This document shows, piece after piece, positions 1 through 12,376 of a stretch of 64,000 nt of DNA. Both the position numbers and the translations under genes were made by a program. The notes beneath the pieces are model-generated. The model was not told the origin of the DNA. It saw nothing but the letters and a program-made list of their open reading frames with translations, and searched no databases. Origin of the DNA: Macrostomum lignano. Its lineage: Eukaryota. The DNA is taken from contig NIVC01003948.1 of NCBI GenBank assembly GCA_002269645.1, positions 1-64,000 of the forward strand. The letters are read 5' to 3'. Every line of letters starts with the position of its first letter. The stretch's first letter is position 1.

Positions 1-414
1 TTTTTTAAAACAAAACTTATTTATCTTTTGAGGCAGATAGCCGGTGATAAAAAAGAAAATAATGACTAGTTACGAAAGAAAACTGAAGGAAACTTTGTTA
101 GCGCGAGAGATGGCGGCCCAAAAGCTGGAATTCCTTTAGCTTCAGTCTTAACTCTACTCTCGTTAGAACAGAATTCTTCAGTCTGTCTAGTTAGCTAAGC
201 ATGCACACGGACCTGTCGCTAGTCCGCCCTGCCGTAGTGCTGCGGCAATAAATAGATAACTTCAACCAAAGAACCAACCCTCATAATGACGTCACGTGCA
301 AGCTGGTACGTAACAATCATCGTCAAAGATGTACGCTTCTATAATGTACGAGTTTGGTAGGTATTGTGTTTCACGGGTGCCTGTTGGCATATCATGCACT
401 TGTTGCTCATACGG

Positions 415-790
415 CGGGAATTGTTGAGATATTGAGATGCCATTGCTAAGGGAGGGGGGGGGAATTGCTGAGATGCCAATGCTAAAGGGGGGGAATTGCT
501 GAGATACTGAGATTCCAATGCTAAAGGGAATTGCTGAGATGCTGCCAATGCTAAAGGGGGGAATTGCTGAGATGCTGCCAATGCTAAAGGGGGAATTGCT
601 GAGATGCTGCCAATGCTAAAAGGGGGAATTGCTTAGATGCTGCCAATGCTAAGGGGGGAATTGCTGAGATGCTGCCAATGCTAAAGGGGGGAATTGCTGA
701 GATGCTGCCAATGCTAAAGGGGGGAATTGCTGAGATGCTGCCAATGCTAAAGGGGGAATTGCTGAGATGCCAATGCTAAAGGGGGGAGTT
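415..790. repeat. Minisatellite, ~30-31 bp unit GGGAATTGCTGAGATGCTGCCAATGCTAAAG
   Basis: About 12 direct copies read in sequence; produces the spurious ORF 339-581. Confidence 0.9.
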
Positions 791-3137
791 GCTTTCAGTG
801 CTGATGCTTGGTTGCTTTAAATGTCTTATTCTTTAAGAAACTCACCAGTCACGTCTGTTGGGTCGCCATCGCCAATAGGCGTAGTGGCGGCCAAATTATT
901 TGGCACTTGTTGAGCTTGCTGCGGTGAACTGTCATATTTGTGCAGCTTAGAATTGATTTTTTCAACTTTTATACAGAGCTTGTGCGTTAAAAATGCTTTT
1001 CAAAACCGGACAAATCAAACCAACGGGGAACGATTTTTTATTCACAAATGAATTGAGACTTTACGCACTGCCGCGTGGCTGAAGCCGAAACAAAAAGTGC
1101 TTAATATTAAAATTTGTATGTATTGTTATATAATGGGCAGTTTAGCTCAGAAATTGCTTATAGCCGCGACTCCTCCCGTTGCAAAGCCTCGAGAAGAAAA
1201 GAAAAGTGCCACAGAAACCGAACGGATGGGAGGACCAAAAATTTTTTAGGAGAATTGAATTCGGGAAAGTGTAAAAGCTACATGGGAGATCGAGGACGAG
1301 GGGGGGCAAAGAACCTGGCTGGGAAATATAGGAATGCAACAAACCTGGAACCCTGTCTGTCTACCCGCCCTCCGCTTGACTGGTACCCTTCCCTCAGCCG
1401 TCCAACCTCGGCCAGCCTCTCTTTACTTCGAGCCAGCTGTCCCTCATCCCCCTCCCCATTCGGATGGTCTGCAGCTACCGCATCCGAGATCTGCAGATCT
1501 GCAGAATCCAACAGAACCAGCGGGCATCCAATAGCAGTGAACGCAGCTGGTCTGGTCCAGCACTAGCCTAGCAGACAGTCCGAGCCACGTATGGAAAGCA
1601 ACGAGAGAGAGAGAGAGAAAAATCAATAGATTCCAGAGGGATGCAGCGCAGCGGCACCGAACCTTCGCCTTTTCCATCTATTATTATACACATGTATACT
1701 ACTTATATACCAAAGTCTACTTACTTCCGTCCCACTCTAGACCCGACGAAATTCTAAAGAAGAGATTCTTGAATTTTATTTGTCTTTCAAATACTTAGCA
1801 GCTCGCGCGCATCATCTGCCGCCAGGATGGACTGGGGGAGGGGATTTTTTATTGAAGGAAGCAGCTGATCTGCAGCTGCAATGCGAACTATGTTTTCTTT
1901 GTCTACAAAAGACCGCCCAGGCTGGATGGATGGAGTCTTGCGGACTGGCGATATTGGCGCAAACCCTTACTTAGCAAGCAGAAAGAGACTAAACTACAAA
2001 GCTTTGAAGCTCAGATCTGAAGCGAAATTTTTCTGCTTTGATATTCAAAGAGATTTGATTTGAGAGTTTCAGAAGGTTTGATTGGAGAATCGTTAACTCA
2101 CGATGCTTCAACGCCCACTTTGGCCTAAATGTTATGGTGCTGTAACCGCTAAGTTGGTGTCAGTGCTACTAGTATGATATTAGTATGCTGTTATATAACG
2201 AAAATGCCATATAGTATTCTAACGCCCGTCACAAATACTCGTACAGCAATATATATCAGGAAGCTTCTACACGTGGTGATGCTCATTCTCATACACCAGT
2301 TTGTCCTTCAAGAATTTTATTTTTTAACAAGTTGCAAAGTAGACGCGCAGAGCCGTCTGTAACCCAGGAGGTACACGCATAGATCATCAGCCCCAGGTGG
2401 TGGCAAAAATGGTGCACACGCATTGCATAACGGCAGACAGTAATGGCGCGACGGCCATAAAGCAGTTGCAGACGGGACGTCTGTCGGAATGACCTGGAAG
2501 AAACTGGACGAAGAAAGAATGCGCCCAGGCCACTTAGTACCTACTAGCAAACAGGGTATAAACTGTACAGATCCTGGAATCGCCGATTAATACTGCAGCA
2601 GGCCAAACCAATCGATCAGTCAAGGAAAGACGGGAATGGAATGGAGTTGAAGAGAAGCAAGCGATGCTTTATCTCAGTTGGTTGGAAGAAGCCAATTGTT
2701 AAAGGCCGATGTATTGGCAAAGCGCACTGTGCCAATGGAGCTTAAACAAAAATGACCTAACAAAGTATGAAGCAGATTCCTATTGCTTTCAAGATAAAAA
2801 CGCTGGTACTCGAACCAATGCAGATTTCTTGTATTTTAATCACTATTGTTATTTTTGCCTACTAAATACTAAAAACTATTACAATGTAGGTTATAAAAGT
2901 TCCAACAGACTACTTGTAGTAGTAGTATTGAGACGAATTACAGCTGTTTGAAAGGCAAGATCATAAAAGCTTTGTACTTTTTTCAGAAAAAAGTAATTAT
3001 AGAATAGGAAAAATATTTTAGAACAAAAGGTCAGAAGAGAAAGAATATATGAAATTGATTGACACAAAAATTAAAAGTAACAAACTGAAAAAAACTTGCT
3101 GATTTATTTCACAAAGGCTTCTATATATTAATATTGA

Positions 3138-3250
3138 CATACATGCCCAACCTCAAAATTTCACCCATCCAGTGCGACTTAGTTTTGTCCAGATTTGCGA
3201 CTTAGTTCCTCTTGATTGCAACTGAGTTCCCCTGATTGCGACTTAATTTT
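3138..3250 (+). mobile_element. MITE terminal fragment related to the 7015-7308 element
   Basis: CATACATGCCCAACCTCAAAATTTC...GCGACTTAGTTTT resembles the reverse complement of 7260-7308 and is followed by short TGCGACTTAGTT subterminal repeats. Confidence 0.5.
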
Positions 3251-4789
3251 CACTTTGTATATTACTTTTCTTGCCTTTTTCTCATTTCTTCTCTTTCTCT
3301 TTCTCTCTTCTCTTTGCCTCTCTTTCTTCTCCCTCCTTTCTTTTCCTTTTCTCTTCCTCTATTTACTTTCTTCCCCCAATTTTTTGTTTTTTTTTTGCAT
3401 TTTTGATTTTGCAACTTTACTTGGCCAGTGGCCATTTCACTTATCCAGGATAAATAAGAAATTAGAATGTACATAGAATTACCTTTAAAATTGTTTGTAT
3501 CTAGATGATAAAACCAAGGACTACTCAAGTAGAAAGATGGGAAACTATTTTTCTTAGAAAATGTTAAGGAGACTGGTTTCAACCAAAAATACACAATATA
3601 GATAGAAAGTTTTCATTTGTCTATCACAAAAAATTGTTATTGATTTTGATAGCAGGCAGACCCAATGTTCAGCTTTTGATCTGTTGTGCCTTTCTTGTAG
3701 CTCTATTGATATTTATAAAGCTTTTTGTTTAGAAAATTATGATTCTTTATTAACTTTTTATTATATATACATTTCCTATACCTGAAAATGCATGGCACAG
3801 CTTGACTCTGGTTTTATAAATCTATTTTAGCATCTCCATTACACATATTATTATACAGTCAGCTATAAGAATGATAAAATTGATTCATAAAACCAATGAA
3901 CTAAGCCATGCCTTTTTAATGGTTTTTAGGCATAGGACATATGCAATTGTATATAGAAAAAATTAATATAAAATCCTAATTTTTTAACTTAATTTTTCAA
4001 ATGAATGATTTGAATTCTTAAACACTATAGGGCCTTTTTATAAGCTAGTCTGCATTACTGAGCATTCTAAAAAGCTAGAACCATAAGATCTACCTATAGT
4101 AAATGACACAGAATAATCTAAAAATGGAAGGTGGGGACTATAAGCATAGACTACTATTGATTCAATGTATTAAAGACAGATAATTCTTTTTTTTGGTTCA
4201 AAATATAGAATACAATACAGTACTAGTGATATACCCAATATAATTTAAGAGTGAAGTGTCTAACTTTTGCTATCAAAGAAAGTGGGGGCAATATATAACT
4301 GGACAATAATATGGTACACACCTTAATCTAATTGAGTTTAATTGAACAATTCTTTCTAAAATATAACCAATGATTATGTACACAATATTATATATTACAA
4401 TATTTGATAGGAGACACCAATGAATAATATTGTGATAGAACAGAACAATAAATAGTATTATGTACATATGCATTGGGTATACAAGTATTTGCAGAAATTA
4501 TTATGTTTATCAAGTATAAATATGATAAGAAATATCATAGTATAGGAAGACATATAGCAGGACTAAATATTTTTAAATAAGCTCATATAGCTATATAAAA
4601 TAAAATATAATAATAATCCATATACTAAATTTAATCTAAAATTAGCTCTTACTTGTCATTATTAGTCCTATTAAAAAAATAAGTTCATTATCTTATTACT
4701 ATCTCAAATATAACAACAATAACTAAAGATTTATAGTTACTTTTTTGATTTAACCATAGATTAAATGACTGTATAAAGAATCTAAGACC

Positions 4790-5520
4790 AAGGTTATGGT
4801 AGGCAATCAGTGCAGTGACTGGTTTAGGGAAAAGTGTGAATGAGATAAGGATATATCCTATCACTTACTCTTTTCAATTGTTTCCTAGAATAGATAATGA
4901 TAAAAACCATAAAGGAACTAGATAAGGTTAGAATCAGCTATGGAGGAATGAATATAAAAAACTTTGCTTACAAGAATGATTTGATTGGCAAGGATAAATA
5001 AAAATTGAAAGAAATGACAACAAAGCTTGACAGAATTTCAAAAATGTTTGTCATGGAAATCAGCACAAAAAGAGCAAGACAATAGTAATAAGAAATGGTA
5101 AAAACAAAATCAAGCCAGGGATTATGATTGATAGAGAAGAACTAGAATAGATTAAATATCTTTAAGTTTAAATATCTAGGGGCAACCATTATAGAAAATG
5201 GGACATTGGAAGAACATAGTAAAATCAAAATTGGCATTGCAACCAGCTCAATAATAATGCTTGATGAACTTTGGCAACTCAAAAAAGTTGGTTTAAAATT
5301 TGCCTCAAGATCAAAGGTGGTCACATGGGTGACATGACACTGCTCTATAGGTGCAAGAGCTAGACTCTAGGAAAGAAAAGTATAAAGACATTCATTTTTT
5401 AAATTAAATATTACAAAAATGCTTAAGGTTTCATAGAAAAGGAAAAAGACAAATGCATCTAGGTTTAGAGTAAAGTTAGAAAAGGTATTAGGAAAAGAAC
5501 CAGAATCTTTAGAGATCAGC
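4790..5520 (+). mobile_element. Degenerate RTE-like non-LTR retrotransposon, RT and post-RT region
   Basis: Translations broken by stops and frameshifts, including VMVGNQCSDWF, FKYLGATIIENG..IKIGIATSS..LDELWQ and TLLYRCKS*TL, match RTE-clade motifs (SDWF..GVRQG, FKYLGS, LLYGCESWTL). Confidence 0.75.
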
Positions 5521-6454
5521 TCAAATACTATAGGCATCAAACAAAGAAAGGAGTGCAGTGATCTGCTAGTTTGGTGTTAGGCATTGCATTATTGTCAGCA
5601 GCTTTCCTCGTCCTTGCCCTGGGTTGCTGACTGTGGCTGGACAGCCTTTCTCCCTTTTTGCTGCCTGTTCTCTGGTGCCCCCTCTTCTTTGCACTCTTGC
5701 TTATAGCCACAAGCTTCTCTGCTGTGGCCTGCTCTGCATTTCATTCCTGTCCTGAGGTCATGCTAGTGGCCTGTTTCCCTTGTCATGTGAGCAAGTCACT
5801 TGACAAGTCTTGTTTTCTCAAAGTCCTAAAGTGTATTAAACATGTTTACTAAGGTAATTTAGGTGACTCATGTTTCTAAAAATAGATACTGAGTCATGCA
5901 GCCCTATGCACTTTACCCACAGACCCTGCCTTCTCTAAGGCAGAGGGTGACATAAGTTCTAAAAATAGAACAGAGTCACAACCACAACAAGGTCTAGCGC
6001 ACACTGGCACAGCGAGGACTCCCTGCCATAAATATGCGCCCCTCACCCTTGGTTCTATCAAGGATTTTTCTTCTTATTGTGCTTTTTTAGTCTAGTTTGC
6101 CAGACTTTGTTATTGTTTTCTAAGCCCCTAAGTCTTCTGTCTTAATCTAGTTTCCCATTTAAGCTATCTGTCGCCTGACTAAAGATTAGATGCCCAAGCC
6201 TAAAGGAGGCTAACACTGCCTTCCTAGCCATTCCCTAAGCCCAGTAGGATCTGCTGACCAGAACACCTTGTTCATTAATCTTCAAATCTGCATGCTGTGC
6301 TGAGTTTGTTGAATTGGTTATTTTGTTCCAATGGGAAGCTCACCTCATCTAAGGCCAAGACCTAAAGGAACTGGTGGTAGCACTACCTATGCTAATAAGA
6401 GCTTCTAGTTGAGAAGATGGAGAGCCCAAATCACTGTGCTAGACAGCAAAAGAA

Positions 6455-6650
6455 GCACAAGTACAAAAGGAGCTATAGCAAATGTCTTTATTCAAGGAAA
6501 AATAGGTGAAAGAAAAGGAAAACCAAAAAGGCAATAGAAAGATATCTAAAAGAATAGACTAGATAGACAATAGAGAGGCTAAGAAAAGTAGCAAAAGACA
6601 GGCAGTAATAGAATAAGCTAGTGCATGAATAAGTATAGGGGCCTAACTAC
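6455..6650 (+). mobile_element. 3' end of the same RTE-like LINE
   Basis: Reads ANVFIQGKIG..RKGKPKRQ*KDI, resembling the RTE C-terminal motif ILQGKVEGKRKRGRPKRQW.DDI. Confidence 0.6.
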
Positions 6651-7014
6651 AACCATTATAACTATAACAAAAAAGAACTACAAATGTGCCTATACAATTT
6701 AAATTGATACTGAAGCTAAGATATACAGTTGGAACTTAACTATTAATAATAATAAAACAAAAACCTAAGCCTAACTACCAAAATACAAAATAGTAAAGTT
6801 TGTAAACTTAGTGTAGGTCTGGGTTTTTATTTATGCATAGTATATCTTTACACCTTAAATTTTAAAATTCCACAGTTAAATTTGAAAATCAAATATAGTT
6901 TAGGTGTAGTGTTACAACCAATTTTCATAGAAATTTCTGCTATTTAAAATTAAAATGAGAAGAAAAGAAGCTTGCACTTTAACCTCTAATTATACTTTGA
7001 AATTAGGCATAGAC

Positions 7015-7308
7015 TTACATGCGCAACAGTCGGCCAAGTCGGCCTACTGATTTGGCAGCCAATCAAGGAAGTCGCAAAAATGCCCACCCGAAAAATACCA
7101 AAGTAGTATTACTAAGTAGCTGACGAGGCATTTTGACCTAATAATACAGTCATAGTTACTCCTGCTGTTTACCCAAAGTTGCATTAATTTTGCTTTACAT
7201 TTTTATTACATGTACCTGGTAAGTCGCATTTTTGGCCAAAATTTACGTTGCATTTTTGTTAAAACTAAGTTGCATGGCCAACCGAATTTTGGAGGTTGCG
7301 CATGTATG
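7015..7308. mobile_element. ~294-bp MITE with 12-bp TIR and 9-bp TSD (Mutator-like)
   Basis: TACATGCGCAAC (7016-7027) and GTTGCGCATGTA near 7295-7306 are exact inverted repeats; direct repeat GGCATAGAC at 7006-7014 and 7309-7317. Confidence 0.7.
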
Positions 7309-8159
7309 GGCATAGACAATTAGTGATTTTGTTTCTAGCAAAAATCCGCAGAGATCTTTTTGGATATGGTATTTACATATAATTTATTAGCATGCTATAT
7401 GTAGTTTTATATTTTTTTAAATTAAAAATCTACTATTGTATTGTATTTTTTGTTTTAAGTGATTGTCATATGTTGTGTCATATCTATATGACTTTACAGT
7501 ATATATATACATTAGTTATATATTCCTTTTTTTATTTTAAAAAAGTTGCTTGCAAAAATTGTTTTTTTGTTTTCTTTTTTACAAATCTTTTAAATAAACT
7601 ACTAAATATCAAATAGTATTGAATACTTTGTTAAAACTTTTTAATTGTTAAAAGGGTTTGTTTTAAATATTTGCTTAGCTGTTGGCTTTGCTTAAAATTA
7701 TCAAATGACCCTAAAATTGAGGCAAATGAGACTTGCAAAATCCAAAATGTAATAATGATAATAATAATAACAATATTGATTTTGGATAGAAAGTTAGCAA
7801 GATGTTAAAATGACACTGTCACCTTGTGACTTCAATGGAAAGTCATAAAACATAGTAATAACAATTACTTTGAGCTACACCATGATATATGTTATAATAA
7901 AAAAGTTTAATATAGTAGCAACATTTAATGGGAATACACAAACTAAACACAAACAGTACCTGGATACTTTGTCATCTTACAACTTTGTCATCCAGATGAC
8001 GATCTGTCCAATATCTCAGAGGGTGGATGACGAAGTGACCCTTAGACTTGTGGACACTTCGTCATCTATAAAACAAAAGTTTTCAAAGTTAGAACAAAAC
8101 CCCTCCTCCCCTTCCACATCACCCCCAACATGCACATGATTTTGTTTTTTTAAGACATT

Positions 8160-8966
8160 GTGTTATACTCTATCAACTGCTACTTGTGCCAAGGAATGAA
8201 CCTAAAAAATGTCCTGCTTGTCTTCACTATAATGTCAGGCAAGTCTATTCACAACTACAACACCATTTTTAATGTGCTGAGAACCCTGGTTGCTGGTCAA
8301 GCCATGCCAGAGGCCTGTGTTCTGGATTTTGAAGCCGCTGTATGGCAGTCTCTGCACACTCTTTTTCCCCATGCAAAATTGCAGGGCTGCCTCTTTCACT
8401 ATGGCCAAGCAATCTTCTGTCAGGTGCAGCAGCAGGGCCTCCAGCAAGCCTACTTGGCTGATCCTGGCACTCTGGAGTTCTGCCACATGCTAATGGCGCT
8501 GCCGTATCTGCCAGCTGAACACATGGCAGAAGGCCTGGCCCAGACTATTGCTAGGGTGCAGTTGCCAGAACTGCTCGACCTGGCTGAATATGTCAGCAGC
8601 ACTTGGCTAGAGAATCTAGTGCATGGCATAAGAGAAATCAGCGTATTTGGCCAGGCTATCTGAACTAACAACAAAGTCGAAGGCTGGCACTGTCACATGC
8701 AGCAGAGGGTGGAGCAAAATCAGCTGACACTCTACCCTCTGATGGAACTGTTGCACAAGGAGGCTCAGCTGGTGCCAATATACACTGCCTTGGTGCGCGA
8801 GCAAACTGCTAACAAGCACCACCAGAAAATGCAGTATCAGCAGCTTCAAGAATTAGCAGAGCTTAACTGGGCAAAATATCGAACCAGCGAGCTCTCTGTG
8901 CGCAGCTTTTTGATCAGGTGCAGTCGCCTAGGCCACATTCCCCATTTTGGTAGGCAAGCTGAATAA
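8160..8966 (+). pseudogene. MULE (Mutator-like) transposase remnant
   Basis: MSGKS..Y..IF; DFEAAVWQSLHTLFPHAKLQGCLFHYGQAI (MULE DFE...GCxFH motif); AI*TNNKVEGWH with an in-frame TGA replacing R of RTNN, then a frameshift into LTLYPLMELLHKEA. Short inverted repeats GATGACGAAGTG/CACTTCGTCATC at 8026-8066 may be subterminal. Confidence 0.85.
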
Positions 8967-9639
8967 GTAGAATTAAATTTCATGTTAAAAGCAAAGTGAC
9001 ATTTTTTACTCCCTCTCCCCTCTGCCTCCTTTTAGCGCCCAATTTCTTCTTTGTGACTGTGTCTTTGTGCCTTCAATCTTTGTGCCAAGTGTATTTATAT
9101 ACTACACTCATACTCATATTCCATGACAAGTATATACTCATACTATACTAGATACATACGAGATGACAATCTTTATGGTTCTAGCTAGGGGGGGCCTGGG
9201 CCCCCCAATTAAGCCACAGGCCCCCCCTGTGCCCCCCCCCCAATTAAGCCACAGGTCCCCCTGTGGCCCACCCCACTTTCAGTTTTTTTCACTTTGGATT
9301 TTCCAAAAAATAGTTTGAAAAACCCATTTTTTTCTTTTTTTGCAATTTTAATTTTAGAAACAATAGTTTTTATACAAGCACTTGTAAGCTGTTGAAACCT
9401 GTGGATCTTGAACCCGTGGAATTCCAATCCCGGGAATTATTTTTGCACATATTCTAGAATTTTAAGTCATACTCAAACAAAAACTTGTTAATAGTTAGGA
9501 TGGAAATGAACATAAAATAGAGTAAATTCATGTAAAATTAAGATTTGAGGCAAGCATGATCTTGTTGGCTAGGATGCTATGCAGAATATCAGGCAATGTT
9601 GATCTAAAACATGTATTGGAAAAGTCAGGAAAACTCTGA

Positions 9640-11060
9640 CCTCTGTCTCTGCCTCTCTCTATATGTACATCCCTCGGATCCTTTGAAACTTCTATCTTTG
9701 CTTCTATTTCCTCTCTTTTCTCTCATCTTTTGTCTCTCCTGTCATCTCTTCTTTCCTCTTTCCTCTCTTCTCTCTCCCCTCTTCTTTTGTCTCTTCCGCC
9801 ACCTCTCTTCTCTCACGTCTTTTCTCTGATCCCTCCTTTCTCTTCTTTTATCTCTGCACTCTTATCGCTTTACATTTCTCTTTTTTCTTGCCTCTCTCTT
9901 CTCTCATCTCATCTCTTCCCTGTTCTTTCCTCTCTCCTCTCTCCTCACTATTTTCTCTGCTCTCCTCTCTCTTCTCTCCCCTCTACTCTCGTCTCTTCCC
10001 TTTCCTCTCTTTTCTCTCTTCTCTTCTCTTCTCTTCTCTCTCATCTCATATCTTCTCTCCTATTTCCTCTCTCCTCTCTCCTCTTACTTCTCTCTACTTT
10101 CTCCCCTCTCCATTCTCTTCTTTCTTCTCCCCTCTTTCCCCTGTTGTTGATTCTCTCCCCTCTTCTCTCTTTACTCCACTTCTTTCTCCCTTTGTATCTC
10201 TTCTCTGCTCTTACACATTTTTCTTCTCCCTACTCTCTCCTCTCATCTCCATAATCTCTTCTCTGTCCTCTGTTCTCTCTACTCTCCCATCTCTTGTCTG
10301 TTTACTCTCATCTCTGTTCTCTGTTCTCCCCTCTCTCTTCTGTCAACTTTAATCTCTTATATGTTCTCTCATGTCTTTCCCCTATACTCTTTTATTTCCA
10401 TTCTTTGACTCCTCTCTTTCCTTTCTCCTCTCTTCTCTTCTCTTGTCTCTTCTCTTCTCTCTCCACTTTCCTCTCTTTTCTCTTTCATATCTCATTTCTT
10501 ATTTTTCCTGTCATCTCTACCACCTTATCTCTTTTCTCTTAACTTTACTCTTTCGTCTCTCATTTTTTTTCTTTTATCTTTGCTTGCTCTCTTATCTCTT
10601 CTCATTTCTCTCTGCTTTCCACTCTCCCCTCTTCTTACTTCTCACTCTCCCATCTCTCAAAACTTCCCTCCTCACTTCTTTCTACTTCTCTGCTCTCATT
10701 TCTCATCTTTCCTATCTATCTCCTCTCTCCCTGATCTCTAATCTGTACTATCCTTTTTGACATCTCTTCTCTCTTCTCTCTGCTTGCTTATCTCCACCCT
10801 TTCTAATCTCTCCCTTCTCCACTCTCATCTTTCTACTCTCTCCTCTCTCATCTCTACTCTCTTCTATTTGCTCTCTACTTTCTCCTATCTTTTCTCATCT
10901 CTACTCTTTTCTATCTCCTCTCTTTATCCTTTATCCTATCTACTTCATCCTATCTACTCTCTCCTCTTTCATCTCATCTCTCCCTCTTCTCACCTCTACT
11001 CTCTCCTCCTATTTATCCCTCCCTACCCTCTCCCCTTCTTCTCTGCCTTTTCCTCTCAGT
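9640..11060. repeat. CT-rich low-complexity (polypyrimidine) tract
   Basis: Degenerate (CT)n/(CTT)n for ~1.4 kb; source of the S/L/F-rich ORFs. Confidence 0.9.
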
Positions 11061-12331
11061 AAAAATATATACTTTGCAGAAATTAGCCAATAATTAAATG
11101 AACCAACAGAGTTTTTTTGATGAAAATCTGCCAGGAAAAGTAAACTGTAAAGTTAAATGAATTTGTGTTCAGCTTTCTATTCAAAAAATTTCCAATTGCA
11201 AATCCTAAAGTGTTCTTGGGCAAAAAACATTTAGAATGTTAGTTAAATCAACTTAGCTATAGCATTCATTCTTTGCAAGATCTTTTTTGGATGTCATTTT
11301 TACTTTTTGGTAAAAATTAGCTTTTATAATAATTAAAAAACTCAATTCAAGATGTTAGTATTGCCCCTTAAGTTTTTACTGGGCCCTAACTGGGCCCCCC
11401 ATCCTGAAAACTCTGGACGCGCCCCTGCCTAGGCCTAGGCTATATATCTAGGCCTACTTAATATTAAATAGGCCCTATTTTGTGGACCTAGTAGACAAAA
11501 TGATAATAGGCCTATGCCGCCTATCATAGGCCCCTATTTTTTGTAGACAAAAGAGTGGCAAATAGGTGGCCTAAACTGGTAACAGACAAAACAATTGTCA
11601 ACTGTCTATACTAGGCAATGGTATGGTTTACAAGCTAGGGCCTAGGCTAGGCCTACCGCCTACTGCCAAAAATTATTTATTGATGAGCTAGAAAATACTA
11701 GGGCCTAATCAAAAGACAATTTGTCAAATAGGATGTTTCATTGATTTAACTTCAGTATAAAAAAATGGTGTTAAAAAATAAAACACATTTTATTTTTTTT
11801 GTATTGACATATGCTTCAAGGCGCACAAAATTTTGACAAATTGTCCAACTGAGATCACGAAGAATATTTTCAACGAAAATTGTCGTTGTACCTTGCAAAT
11901 AAATCATTAAACAAAAGACAAATTCTTGACTAAGTACGGTAAAGACTTAAAAATGCGCCATTATTTACAGAAAAATGTAATATATACCACTGTTTGTGCC
12001 CAGCCCGTCGTCCAACGGTAGGCCTATATTGAAATAATTAATTATTCACGGTGTTTTATTAATTCTATAAGTTTAAACAAACAGCTAAGAATAAGCTCGC
12101 ATAAAGGACGCTTAGTAATCGAATTTTCTAATTAAACTATTAACCCTATTTCTGTGTAACATTTTTTATGAAATGCTGTTTTTTAATTTTTTATGTGTTT
12201 CTTATATTTATTTACATCTGAGCCCAGCGTTAAAAATCTTTTTTCAAGCTGAATCATTGCGCTACTTCAGTCGATGTAAATTAATTTCTGTTTAACTCTC
12301 TAAAAGATCGCTTTAAGGTGTTTACATCGTC

Positions 12332-12376
12332 ATGGATGTCGAGTACGATATTATTGTTTTGGGTACTGGACTGAAG
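12332..12376 (+). CDS. GDI: Rab GDI exon 1 ([15 protein letters not shown])
   Basis: ATG at 12332, donor AAG|GTAATT; too short for the ORF track. Confidence 0.93.

Noticed and set aside
1278-1677. Possible minus-strand coding exon (DSADLQISDAVAADHP...)
   Set aside because: GC-rich with a plausible donor, but no recognisable domain or partner exons in the window.
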